Assembly: GCA_022703585.1 (NCBI GenBank)
Contig: JAKLDJ010000001.1
Location: forward strand, 54,891 to 118,890
DNA from: Candidatus Omnitrophota bacterium
Lineage (GTDB): Bacteria > Omnitrophota > Gorgyraeia > Zapsychrales > JAKLDJ01
DNA length: 64,000 bases
Direction of reading: 5' to 3'
Of the stretch, positions 38,239 through 47,566 are shown one piece after another. Position numbers and translations under genes: made by a program. The number at the start of each line of letters is the position of its first letter. Positions within the stretch are counted from its first letter, which is position 1. The notes beneath the pieces are model-generated. The model saw only the letters and a list, made by a program, of their open reading frames with translations. It was not told the DNA's origin and searched no databases.

Positions 38239-40067
38239 TTTGCTGTAGAAGAACACCCCGACGCGCCGCCTACTTTCCCCTGGGAAAGACAGTTGACTAC
38301 CGACGTGTCCGCCTGGACATCTCCGGTCATAATTTCAGGGGTTAAAAAGATAACCAATTCCGTTTTCTTCACTTGCCTGTCTTTGTTGCGGAAGGCAAAA
38401 CCCAAAAGCGGCAAATCGCCCAAGAGCGGAACCTTGTTAATCGTTTCAACTTTTTCGTCTTTGATTAATCCGCCGATGACAATCGTAACGCCGTTTTTGA
38501 CCATCACCACCGTCTCGGCTTGCGAAGTTTCCACGATAGGAATCTTATTATTCTGACTGGTCGGGAGATAGCTGGTTACGGAACTGACCTCGGGCTTTAT
38601 CTTCATCGTGATAAAGTTGTCCTTGTGGATCGTCGGGGTAACGTATAGTTTTACCCCTACGTCGATAAAATTCACGCTTTCGGCAGTGGTCGCCGGCCCC
38701 GTCGCCGGTGTCGTGGTCGTGCTCGTAACATACGGCTCGGTGGAACCGACGAGAATTTTTGCCTCCTGATTGTTGATAGCGGTAATATGCGGACTGGCGA
38801 GAATATTGGTGACCCCGACAATATCCAACGCCTCCAACAAAACAGTATAGTCGTCCTGAGAGAGAGTGCCGATACTCAGCTTCCCTCTTTTGTCGCTGGT
38901 TCCCAGGATATTAAAATCACCGGTCAAATCCAGTTTGTGAAAATTATTAACAATAGCCTCCCAGTTAACCCCCATTTTATATTGGTCTTTTAAAACAATC
39001 TGTGCAATTTTTGCCTTGATCAAAACCTCTTCATGCCTGGTATCAAAAGCCTTAACGATATTTTCAATCTGCTCGAGCTTTTGGGGAGTATCGGTAACAA
39101 CGATTCTGTTGGAACGCACATCAAACTTGATGCTGCCGACATTCTTTGTCAACACCTCGGTTATTTTCTTGGAAAGGTCCTCGGCCTGAGAATAACTAAG
39201 CTCAAACATCTTGGTCTTTATCGGCACATCGATTTCTTTAACCAGCATTTCCATGGCCTCTATCTTCTCGGGAGTCTCCATCAAGACAACAGTATTTGAT
39301 TTATCATCGGCAATAACCTTACCGATAATACTTTTCATCTGGGTCAAAAGAAGCAAAACATCCGCCGCATTGGCGTTTTTAAGCTGGATGATTTTTATCT
39401 GGGTCTTTTCTCCGAATTTACGCCCATAGGTCAGCTCATAGTCCTTCCCTGTCATCACTTTTAGAATCCCACCTTCTTCTACATAGGCCATATTGTTTGA
39501 TTCCAGAATAATGCGCAGTGCGTCGCGGACATCCACATCTTTCAGGTAGATTGTAATTTTTCCCCGGATATCCTGCCCGGCTACGATATTAAGGCCGCTT
39601 TTCTTGGAGATTAATTTTAAAACATCCGCGATCTCCATATCCTTTAATTCCAGAACATCAATAATCGATTGAGGTTTTGACGGCCCCACCTGCGCCTGAT
39701 CAGAAGGCAGCAGGACATCCTGCGCCTGAGGCTGAGGTGCCGGGGCTTGGGTTTCCCCAACTTCTGCTGCGGCCTGCGGATACGGCACCGCCAGCATTTC
39801 TTCCTTTGCCGTTTCTACGACAACAGGGGCGGGAAGCATGGGTGCACCCGCATTCCGGTTAATGATTTTTCCTTCGGCAGGGCGCGGCATTTCTTCCGGA
39901 ATAGAATTTTGGCCTTCGGAAACAACACCCGGCTCCTGTTCCAGCGTATCCAGAGCTTGGTCAACGGTAGAACGGTATTCGTTGCCCTGCTGCGCACAGG
40001 ATTCATAACAAAAAGCCGTAACCGCCGCCAAAAAAATTCCCGCAAAAACAACTGTTCTTTTATTCAT
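38235..40067 (-). CDS. Type IV pilus / type II secretion secretin (PilQ/GspD family)
   Basis: N-terminal signal, secretin C-domain with VPLLGDLPLLGFAFR. TATAAT at 40104-40109 (minus sense) upstream. Confidence 0.8.
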   Translation of the reverse strand: MNKRTVVFAGIFLAAVTAFCYESCAQQGNEYRSTVDQALDTLEQEPGVVSEGQNSIPEEMPRPAEGKIINRNAGAPMLPAPVVVETAKEEMLAVPYPQAAAEVGETQAPAPQPQAQDVLLPSDQAQVGPSKPQSIIDVLELKDMEIADVLKLISKKSGLNIVAGQDIRGKITIYLKDVDVRDALRIILESNNMAYVEEGGILKVMTGKDYELTYGRKFGEKTQIKIIQLKNANAADVLLLLTQMKSIIGKVIADDKSNTVVLMETPEKIEAMEMLVKEIDVPIKTKMFELSYSQAEDLSKKITEVLTKNVGSIKFDVRSNRIVVTDTPQKLEQIENIVKAFDTRHEEVLIKAKIAQIVLKDQYKMGVNWEAIVNNFHKLDLTGDFNILGTSDKRGKLSIGTLSQDDYTVLLEALDIVGVTNILASPHITAINNQEAKILVGSTEPYVTSTTTTPATGPATTAESVNFIDVGVKLYVTPTIHKDNFITMKIKPEVSSVTSYLPTSQNNKIPIVETSQAETVVMVKNGVTIVIGGLIKDEKVETINKVPLLGDLPLLGFAFRNKDRQVKKTELVIFLTPEIMTGDVQADTSVVNCLSQGKVGGASGCSSTAK

Positions 40068-40236
40068 AACGCTTCCTCATAATTTTGAAAACCGTGAAAA
40101 CTATTATACCAGTTTTAAGGATGGATGACATCTTTTTGAACGCGCAAAAAAATCAGGATATCAAATCATTTATACAAACAAAAGGATGCCCCTGCCCTCT
40201 TTTACCCCGATAGAGAATGAAGTTCTCTAACGGGGT

Positions 40237-40854
40237 TTACTGCGTCAACTCGATCCTTTGCTCAGAAAAGTTAAGAATAACCTTGCTTTCCTGGATATCC
40301 TCGACAACAGCCTCACGGATACGATCCCCCTTATGCAGGAAAAATGTCCGCTGGGCATTGGCATCCTCGATAATAGCCTGGGAATTACTATCCAAGACAA
40401 TCCCCACCAGCCGTAAATTCTTCGTCAATTCAGAACCCGCCTCTGGGGCCTTGGCATCACCCATAGTCCTTTTATACACCGGAGACTGAAAGATGTCCCG
40501 TTTCGCAATCTGTTCGGAATAATAACTGTATGGTTTTGGATTTACCGATTCAGCTGACGGAATCGCAACCTCTTCCGTCGTCCCGGCCGGCTCCTTAAAA
40601 GATTTTAAACGATCGTCCGTAATAAATAAAAATTCATAGGCAACAAATCCCAGCAAAACAAAAACAGCGACTAAAAGCAACCGGTCGGCAATCTTAAATA
40701 AAATCCCCGATTCCTTCCCAGAATCCTGTCTCTGCGCCAAACCTTTCTGTTCCGGCGCACTTTGTTTCTTCCCGGCGAGGATTTTTCCCTGGGATTGGTC
40801 TTTCTTACGGATAAGACCCAGTAATTTTTCTTCCGGAGAGACCGGTTCAACCAT
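40237..40854 (-). CDS. PilP/GspC-like pilus assembly protein (membrane-anchored)
   Basis: N-terminal TM (LLLVAVFVLLGFVAYEFLF) plus C-terminal beta-domain LRLVGIVLD...ILNFSEQ. Assignment tentative. Confidence 0.4.
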   Translation of the reverse strand: MVEPVSPEEKLLGLIRKKDQSQGKILAGKKQSAPEQKGLAQRQDSGKESGILFKIADRLLLVAVFVLLGFVAYEFLFITDDRLKSFKEPAGTTEEVAIPSAESVNPKPYSYYSEQIAKRDIFQSPVYKRTMGDAKAPEAGSELTKNLRLVGIVLDSNSQAIIEDANAQRTFFLHKGDRIREAVVEDIQESKVILNFSEQRIELTQ

Positions 40855-40951
40855 CGATTAACACCCCGTAAAACTAGTTTTTGTAGTTACTTCTATCAAA
40901 ATCAGCGGGTGCTGCGCCCGACGAACTATTAATAATTTATGTGACAAGGCG

Positions 40952-41776
40952 CTAGCTCCATTTACCTTCTTCTTGAATAAGCGAACTGACTAAATCTCCG
41001 CTGACCATTTCCCGGTTTTCCATCACCAGCCGTTCCAGGCAATTATGGCAGATCAAAGCGATCTTGCGCGGATAGCCTTGGCTAAATTCATAGATCCTTT
41101 GCACCGCCTCCTGACTGAACAGGCTGCGGTCCCCGCCAAACCCGGCCTGTCGCAGACGAAAATCAATCATCTCTTTTGTCTCTTTTTCATCGAGAGGATT
41201 GATCATGTATTTCAAGCTCACCCGGTCCATAAAATTGCGGATTTTCTTGACCCTGGGCAAGAGTTCCATCTGCGACATAATAATCAGTTGCAGTAATTTA
41301 TATTCGTTGGTTTCATAGTTAAGCAAAGTCCTTAGCACCTCAAGAAGAGGCTGGCTGAGCTTTTGACCCTCATCAACAAGGAGTACAACCGTCTTTTTTT
41401 CTTCAACGCCTTTCTGGAAAAGATATTTTTCAATGGCCTCCCGATGATCCATCGCCGAGCGAAAGAACGGGCTGACACCGAAGATTTTTGTCAGAGAGGA
41501 TAAGAATTGGTACTCGGATTTAAAATCAGGATCCAGGACCATGTGGAATATAAAATTGTCCTCTTCCCCGCTAAAGGATTGAAGAAGAGCTCTGGACAAG
41601 GTAGTCTTGCCGGTCCCGACATCGCCCAAGACAAGGCACAAGCCTCGTCTTAAGCGTATAGAAATTTCCAGACGGCGTAAAACCGTCGTATGCTCGGGGG
41701 AATGATAAAAGAAAGTCGGGTCAGGGCTGGTAGAAAAAGGCTCTTTTTGAATATTGAGGACAGTGTAATAACTCAT
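40952..41776 (-). CDS. ExeA/GspA-like AAA+ ATPase
   Basis: Walker A GDVGTGKTTLSRALLQ, Walker B LLVDEGQ. ExeA-type architecture. Confidence 0.7.
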   Translation of the reverse strand: MSYYTVLNIQKEPFSTSPDPTFFYHSPEHTTVLRRLEISIRLRRGLCLVLGDVGTGKTTLSRALLQSFSGEEDNFIFHMVLDPDFKSEYQFLSSLTKIFGVSPFFRSAMDHREAIEKYLFQKGVEEKKTVVLLVDEGQKLSQPLLEVLRTLLNYETNEYKLLQLIIMSQMELLPRVKKIRNFMDRVSLKYMINPLDEKETKEMIDFRLRQAGFGGDRSLFSQEAVQRIYEFSQGYPRKIALICHNCLERLVMENREMVSGDLVSSLIQEEGKWS

Positions 41777-41813
41777 CGGCTTTACCGTCTCGTTAAAAAC
41801 CTTGTTGCTGAAG

Positions 41814-42044
41814 TCAACCTTGTCCGCCTAGCTGCCCAGCGACTTTTTTAAGCGAAAACCCTTGCAAGCGCATTTCCTTGATTCGATTGAGCGTCTGTAT
41901 AGTTGAATCATCAAAGTAACGGAAATTGGTCTCCGGTCCCCGGCCTATTTCTTTAAATAAGCCGAGCTTGAGGTAATATTTGAGCGTGTGTGTTGAGTAG
42001 CCGCTTACCCTGGATAGATCTTTCAGAAGGTATATATTTGTCAT
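41814..42044 (-). CDS. Small MerR-family HTH transcriptional regulator (76 aa)
   Basis: IYLLKDLSRVSGYSTHTLKYYLKLGL, the MerR-type HTH. Confidence 0.6.
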   Translation of the reverse strand: MTNIYLLKDLSRVSGYSTHTLKYYLKLGLFKEIGRGPETNFRYFDDSTIQTLNRIKEMRLQGFSLKKVAGQLGGQG

Positions 42045-42053
42045 AGGTTTATG

Positions 42054-42078
42054 GTTAACTCTCTACTTGGAGAGTTAA
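42054..42078 (-). promoter_or_regulatory. Perfect 9-bp inverted repeat (ttaactctc-N6-gagagttaa) immediately upstream of the MerR-like gene
   Basis: Located 11-34 bp before the ATG. Candidate autoregulatory operator. Confidence 0.3.
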
Positions 42079-42175
42079 TTAGATTCTCATACGCGTAAAC
42101 ATCATTGTCAAGGAAATTTTGGCAAAAAAATCCTAGGCTGCGTTGTAATTCTTTTTTTATAACAGGGAACGGCCT

Positions 42176-42712
42176 TTAGGAAGGAATGAGTATCTTGCTT
42201 AGGGTCAGGCGGCACTTAATTTGGGCCGTGCGTATAGAGCTTTTTTCGAAATAGACTTCGTCTATGCTAAAGAAATGGGGAGAATTTTGCAGGATATACA
42301 GAAAATGGACAATCGAAACCAGCTCGCCATCCATGGTCAGGCTCACCGAGAAATTATTATAGAAATCTACTCTTTTAACCTTTTTGGGTTTCATGTCGGC
42401 CACGCCCAGCTTGATTTCATTGGCAACCGACTGTATCTCGGAAAGGATCGATGCCATCTCCTGCTCATCAGAAAGTTTTTGCCGCAAAGAAAAAATCTGC
42501 TGTTCATATGCCTTGCTGACACTGTCCTTCCTCTTATTAATCTTCAAAATCTTCTTTAGCTGAGTCTCCTTGGCTTCGATTTTCTCTTCTAGGGCAGCCA
42601 AGTCTTCCTTAAGCGGCTTAAAAATAAACCGATAGCTGACAAAAACAAAGATAACAAACAGGCAAACAATAAAAATGCGCGTTTCTCTTTTGGAAAGGCG
42701 TCGTGGAATCAT
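42176..42712 (-). CDS. PilO/GspM-like pilus assembly protein
   Basis: N-terminal TM, coiled coil (LAALEEKIEAKETQLKKIL), C-terminal ferredoxin-like region. 4-bp overlap with upstream gene. Confidence 0.5.
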   Translation of the reverse strand: MIPRRLSKRETRIFIVCLFVIFVFVSYRFIFKPLKEDLAALEEKIEAKETQLKKILKINKRKDSVSKAYEQQIFSLRQKLSDEQEMASILSEIQSVANEIKLGVADMKPKKVKRVDFYNNFSVSLTMDGELVSIVHFLYILQNSPHFFSIDEVYFEKSSIRTAQIKCRLTLSKILIPS

Positions 42713-44223
42713 GGCGTTTCTTCCTTTGCCTTGACAAGATGACAGGTGATCTTAAAATCTGTCAGCTCGCCTTTAAAAATCTTCCTTTTAGTGGCATATT
42801 GCAAAGTTACGTTTCCAAACAGAGAAGAATTAACCAGCCGCCTCTGCAGGGCATTAACACCACTACCGGTTTCGGAGGTACCCTGAAGGTCAAGCGTTCC
42901 GTCTTCTCCCAGGTGCACCATGCTGAAAGAAATCTCCGCCGGTGCCAGATTATATAATTCATAAATAATATCAATACCGGTCGCAACGGGATTAAATCGT
43001 TCTTTGATAAAATTAAGACGCCTTACCTTTTCCTTTACCTCGCGGACAGCCGGCTCTGCCTCGCTGATTTTTCCCTGGAGTTGCTGAAGATACATGGAAT
43101 TCTTATAAATTTTAACCGCGATCGTACCCATGAACAGAAGAACGACTCCGACCAGAAGAATAATGAGCCTGGACCATTCCTGCCTTCTTTTCCTGTTTTC
43201 CCTGGTGCTGCTGACTTCTGAGGGAATCAGATTAACGAGGCCTTCGGGTTTTTCTAAGACCAGCCCCAGCCCCACCGCCAGCGACACACCGGCCTGCTCC
43301 AAGGCAATCGGTTTTTTAAAACTCTTTTTTTGCGGAATATTTGTTAGCGGGTTAAGTGTTTCGGGATTAACCGCATACAGACGCCGCCCTCTTTCGGCCT
43401 CGGTATTATCCCCGGACTCAGCGCCGGAAGCCAAAGCCTTATTCTCCGCTTCCATCCTTTCGCGTAAAATTGCGATCTGTGAGAGCGAAGAGACCAGAAG
43501 CCCCCGGGAAATATTTTCTCCGATATTTTCCTTAACGTAAGTAGCCACAGTGAGGTTGATCTCTTCGATGAGGTTGGCAATGCCTGCCTCGTTTAAATCC
43601 CTAGCCCCGAAATTAATACTCCGGGAAAATAATAGTTTTCGATTATGACAAAAACAAATTTCCGTATTCAGCGTATCAACATTGATAACCACGGCGGGAG
43701 AGGTATCTTTCTGCCTTAACCGCGACTGCTGAAAGACAAACCAACGCATCAACCCCACCGAACTTAAAGTCAGCCGTTGGATCGGCAGGCCGGCATCATT
43801 AAAGATCTTTAAATACCTGCCGACTACTTCCTTGTGGATCGCGAAGACCAGGACCTTGGAATAACCCGTCGATTCTTTGGCTAAAACGGCATGGTCGAGG
43901 ATAACGTCCTCCCGGGGATACGGCACCTGCTTGATAATCTGCAGGTTGATCATCTTTCTTATTTCTTCATCCGCATGAGAAGGAAGCGTCAGATGCCGGA
44001 GAATGGCAAAACGCCTGGGGATAATACCGATAAGATTTGAGGCGCGGACCTTGCCATTAGCAGCCATCACAGCGATCGTCCTAGAAACTTCAGCGTCGGA
44101 ATACTGCACAATTTCCCTAACGTCACAATAGGTCAAAACCGCGCCGCCGTGAGACACCATTGCCTGCACAAGCTTGATATGGGTATCCGTAATTTCAACG
44201 CTGGTTAAAAGATTTTTTCCCAT
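42709..44223 (-). CDS. Fused PilM (actin-like ATPase) - PilN pilus assembly protein
   Basis: N-terminal PilM-like ~350 aa, internal TM (LIILLVGVVLLFMGTIAV), C-terminal PilN-like segment. Confidence 0.7.
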   Translation of the reverse strand: MGKNLLTSVEITDTHIKLVQAMVSHGGAVLTYCDVREIVQYSDAEVSRTIAVMAANGKVRASNLIGIIPRRFAILRHLTLPSHADEEIRKMINLQIIKQVPYPREDVILDHAVLAKESTGYSKVLVFAIHKEVVGRYLKIFNDAGLPIQRLTLSSVGLMRWFVFQQSRLRQKDTSPAVVINVDTLNTEICFCHNRKLLFSRSINFGARDLNEAGIANLIEEINLTVATYVKENIGENISRGLLVSSLSQIAILRERMEAENKALASGAESGDNTEAERGRRLYAVNPETLNPLTNIPQKKSFKKPIALEQAGVSLAVGLGLVLEKPEGLVNLIPSEVSSTRENRKRRQEWSRLIILLVGVVLLFMGTIAVKIYKNSMYLQQLQGKISEAEPAVREVKEKVRRLNFIKERFNPVATGIDIIYELYNLAPAEISFSMVHLGEDGTLDLQGTSETGSGVNALQRRLVNSSLFGNVTLQYATKRKIFKGELTDFKITCHLVKAKEETP

Positions 44224-44227
44224 CAGT

Positions 44228-45304
44228 CTATTCTTTCTGCCAGAAAACTATTGATAAATCATTCCTGTCAATAACAGCTTCCAAGACAGAATCAATCCCC
44301 AGGCCCTCATCTTTACCTACCGCACGGACACGCAAATAATTGGAGACATCGGTTACACTACCTGACAATGAAAGGAATATCGCCATTTCTTTTTGATTAA
44401 GGCCTAATTCATTCGCGATAATCTTCCGGTCATCCGAGGTGTATTCTTGGCCGTCTTCTCCTCGCCGGTAAGAAATAATCTTAGCTGCCATGCTGTCGGC
44501 ATCGGACAACTCCGTGTTGGTCTGAAACCCTGCCTTACTGCGCGCCAATGCCCGGATAACAATTTCGGGAGCCGTATTCATATTAATCATCAATCGCGAA
44601 TCATCCTGAGGAAAAACCGTCACGTAATTCTTAACTTTTGAATATATCTCCGGAGTCATCCCCTTAAGCAAGAGAAGTTCCTCCGGACTTTCAAAAAAGA
44701 AATTCTTGCATCGATAAGAATACTCGGATTCTTCGGTCGCGGACGGCGCATTAGTCGCGGCGGCATCGCTATCCCGCCAGTCGACGGCGGCCATGGCGAT
44801 TGTTTCAGCCAGGACATCCTCAAACCCCAGAACAGAAATCAAAGAGCTCAAAACATTATAATTCTGCCGCGACAGGGCATTGATATTAATTCTGCCTTCT
44901 TCATCCCGCAGGCCGTAATGGGTTTTTTTTAGACCCGTCAGCGGGTCTTGAGTAACAAAGCTGACGTCAAAACGGCCATCGCCCAACCGGACTTCCTTAA
45001 AGATATCTTCCGGCACCTGCCCTTCCTCTAATGTGATACCACAAAGATACGCGGTGTCGAGGCCGGCCGCGGCACTATCCTCGCTGTCCTTTTTAATCTG
45101 GTCAATCGCGTACATCAAACCCGCCCAGGCAAGGTTTGAGGCCCTGGATTGGCCGACGGCAAATTTTGTCAAAGCCAAGTCAATACTGGTCCGCCGTCCC
45201 AGGCCGACCGCCAGAAAAGACAGAATAACCATCATCCATAATACAACCAGAAGTATTATACCAGAATCATTCCTCGTTCTAAATCTCGGTAAACAATATT
45301 TCAT
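44228..45304 (-). CDS. Minor pseudopilin GspK-like
   Basis: N-terminal SGIILLVVLWMMVILSFLAV hydrophobic segment typical of GspK. 358 aa. Confidence 0.6.
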   Translation of the reverse strand: MKYCLPRFRTRNDSGIILLVVLWMMVILSFLAVGLGRRTSIDLALTKFAVGQSRASNLAWAGLMYAIDQIKKDSEDSAAAGLDTAYLCGITLEEGQVPEDIFKEVRLGDGRFDVSFVTQDPLTGLKKTHYGLRDEEGRININALSRQNYNVLSSLISVLGFEDVLAETIAMAAVDWRDSDAAATNAPSATEESEYSYRCKNFFFESPEELLLLKGMTPEIYSKVKNYVTVFPQDDSRLMINMNTAPEIVIRALARSKAGFQTNTELSDADSMAAKIISYRRGEDGQEYTSDDRKIIANELGLNQKEMAIFLSLSGSVTDVSNYLRVRAVGKDEGLGIDSVLEAVIDRNDLSIVFWQKE

Positions 45305-45307
45305 ATC

Positions 45308-46030
45308 TTAAAGATTTTCTTCCGTTAGGTATCCTGACGGAATATAAACATCTTTAGTAAAAACGATAGGCTGCTTTACCTTGCCCGGTTTTATGAAGGT
45401 CGCTTTGATCCGCACCCCCGAAGGAGTGTACGGCTTTTCCCACGAATCCTTCCAGGTAATCTTCTCGTCTTCCTCCTGCCCTTCGAGGTAAGCAAAAGAA
45501 AAACTTAAACTCCCCTCTTGAATATGAGGGCTTAAAATATCCTTTTCGACTTTTGCCTGCGCATTATCGGTTAAGTAATCGGTAAACAGTTTTTCTTCGC
45601 GGACCAGTGAATACAAAACAAATTTTTCCTCGTAGCGAACGGTCAAGGAACGGTTTTTGTTCGTGTGGCCGCCGATAACAACTTTGTGCACCGTCGTCTG
45701 GTCGGGTAATTCAAGATAATAGCTGATAACCTTAAGGCCCGTATCCGTTGCGGATACGAAGGAAATTTTATCCGAATTTCCGGAGAATGCGGTTAGCTTA
45801 GGGTAAGAATTGGCAAAATTAAAAGCGCGCATGCGCTCTAAATCTCCCGCTATCTGATCCAGGGCCCAGCGAGCCTCGCGGTAAATGCCGTTGACATCAT
45901 CCGACCGGCGGCTTAATCGTAGCGCGCTATCCAACGTCCCATACAGGCTTACGGCAATGATAGAAAAAATGCTCAAACCCAGAAGCACTTCGATCAGCGT
46001 GAAGCCTTTAAAAGAATATTTTGATCGCAT
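45308..46030 (-). CDS. Minor pseudopilin GspJ-like (prepilin-type N-terminus)
   Basis: Likely start MRSKYSFKG|FTLIEVLLGLSIF, a class III signal with Gly-1 and Glu+5. Confidence 0.6.
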   Translation of the reverse strand: MRSKYSFKGFTLIEVLLGLSIFSIIAVSLYGTLDSALRLSRRSDDVNGIYREARWALDQIAGDLERMRAFNFANSYPKLTAFSGNSDKISFVSATDTGLKVISYYLELPDQTTVHKVVIGGHTNKNRSLTVRYEEKFVLYSLVREEKLFTDYLTDNAQAKVEKDILSPHIQEGSLSFSFAYLEGQEEDEKITWKDSWEKPYTPSGVRIKATFIKPGKVKQPIVFTKDVYIPSGYLTEENL

Positions 46031-46074
46031 ACGTATTTCTTTCCAGGACGGTTTGCCGTTTTTCGACCACATTT

Positions 46075-46485
46075 CTATGCCGGCGGCTGAAGAAGATAGG
46101 TCACCGCAGAAATAGACCGCTCCTTGGGGCCCGAACGCCAAAAGACAGTCAATTTAACCTCATTCAACAATCCTGACGTCGATTCGCTAACGACTTTCTT
46201 TGTTTCCAATCGATAGAAAAACTTTTCATACGGCTCGGGAAAAATATCCTCTATATCAATAGAATCTTTGATAAAACCTTTTTGTCTTAAATCGGACATT
46301 TCATTTCCTAATAAAATCACGGCCATGGAGTAATCGGCGCTATACGCCGTCGCCTTCAGGCTGGACACCAGGGAGCGGATAACAACCGTCAACCCGATCG
46401 AAAGGATAGAAATCGTCAGCAAGGCCTCGACTAAAAGCGAGCCTTTTTTACTCAATTTTGCCTTCAAATATTTGAACATAGCCAA
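46075..46485 (-). CDS. Minor pseudopilin GspI-like
   Basis: KKGSLLVEALLTISILSIGL prepilin-type N-terminus. Confidence 0.6.
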   Translation of the reverse strand: MAMFKYLKAKLSKKGSLLVEALLTISILSIGLTVVIRSLVSSLKATAYSADYSMAVILLGNEMSDLRQKGFIKDSIDIEDIFPEPYEKFFYRLETKKVVSESTSGLLNEVKLTVFWRSGPKERSISAVTYLLQPPA

Positions 46486-47080
46486 ATTGGTCCTGGGTTG
46501 AAACGGTAAAATAGCTATCGCGATTATCGCGCAGGTAGAGCCGAACCTTTTCTATCTTCCCGTCGGGATAAAATAGGATAGCCGGCTTATCTGCTTCCAT
46601 CTTAATCCCTTCAGGGATAGAGAGCGGCTGCCCCATCTTCCCTGAGATCGGCTGAAAGCTAACCTCCTCATCCCCTTGGTCCGAGCCAAGATCTACTTCC
46701 TGCGTCAGCCGGCATTGATTGTGCACAGCGTCAAGCTCAAGGCGATGCAGATTTTTTTTGACAATGGCCCTTCCTTGGGCATACCGCATCAAGAAGGCAA
46801 CGTTCTTTGTCGCCTCCGATAGCTGAAGATTAGAATAAAGCTGACTGAAATTGGGAACGGCGAGACCGGCAACGACGCCTAAGAGTAAAACCACCAGCAG
46901 GATTTCGACAAGAGTAAACCCGGTTAGAAAACTTCGTTCTTCTACCCTGTTAGAAAACGAATCTTTTCTAATGAGGCTAAAATCGGCGGCTTTCTCCAAC
47001 GGGGTAAATGATTTGTGATGAGCAAGGCAATGGAAAGCTCCGGGAGAGATTCGTCTTTGGATATTTCCTTCTTTTTTCAT
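46448..47080 (-). CDS. Minor pseudopilin GspH-like with unusually long N-terminal leader
   Basis: ATG at 47080 forms an ATGA overlap with the gspG stop. Prepilin motif G|FTLVEILLVVLLLG follows a ~58-aa leader. No in-frame ATG closer to the motif. Confidence 0.5.
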   Translation of the reverse strand: MKKEGNIQRRISPGAFHCLAHHKSFTPLEKAADFSLIRKDSFSNRVEERSFLTGFTLVEILLVVLLLGVVAGLAVPNFSQLYSNLQLSEATKNVAFLMRYAQGRAIVKKNLHRLELDAVHNQCRLTQEVDLGSDQGDEEVSFQPISGKMGQPLSIPEGIKMEADKPAILFYPDGKIEKVRLYLRDNRDSYFTVSTQDQFGYVQIFEGKIE

Positions 47081-47529
47081 TGCCCATCCGGCGTTTTGGC
47101 CTCTTCCCAATTTGTGACATCGTCTCCTGCGCCCTCTGCACCATCCCGGCCGTAAGAAGACAGGTCATACGATTCGACATTATGGCTGCCCGGGGAGATA
47201 TACGCATAATCCTTACCCCACGGATCCTTGGGAATTCTTTTTTTCTTTAAATACGGGCCACTCCAGTTTTCCGGAACAGGCGAGGCGGTAGGTGCCTCAA
47301 CTAAGGCTGCCAGCCCCTGCTCCGTGGTCGGATAGCGGCCGTTGTCCAATTCGTATAAATCCAGCGCCGTCCCTAAATTGGTTTCAATATCGGCCTTAGC
47401 GGCCATGCGCCTGGCTTGTTCCCCCCGGCCGGCTAAGTTCGGGACAACCATCGCCACCAAAACACCGATAATAATAACGACAAGCATGATTTCAACCAGC
47501 GTAAAACCTTTTATTTGCTTGGTCTTCAT
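47077..47529 (-). CDS. gspG: Type II secretion major pseudopilin GspG
   Basis: MKTKQIKG|FTLVEIMLVVIIIGVLVAMVVPNL, the GspG signature. 150 aa. Confidence 0.85.
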   Translation of the reverse strand: MKTKQIKGFTLVEIMLVVIIIGVLVAMVVPNLAGRGEQARRMAAKADIETNLGTALDLYELDNGRYPTTEQGLAALVEAPTASPVPENWSGPYLKKKRIPKDPWGKDYAYISPGSHNVESYDLSSYGRDGAEGAGDDVTNWEEAKTPDGQ

Positions 47530-47566
47530 TGACTGACCTCCTTAAAAGTTATTAGAATTCCCAATC

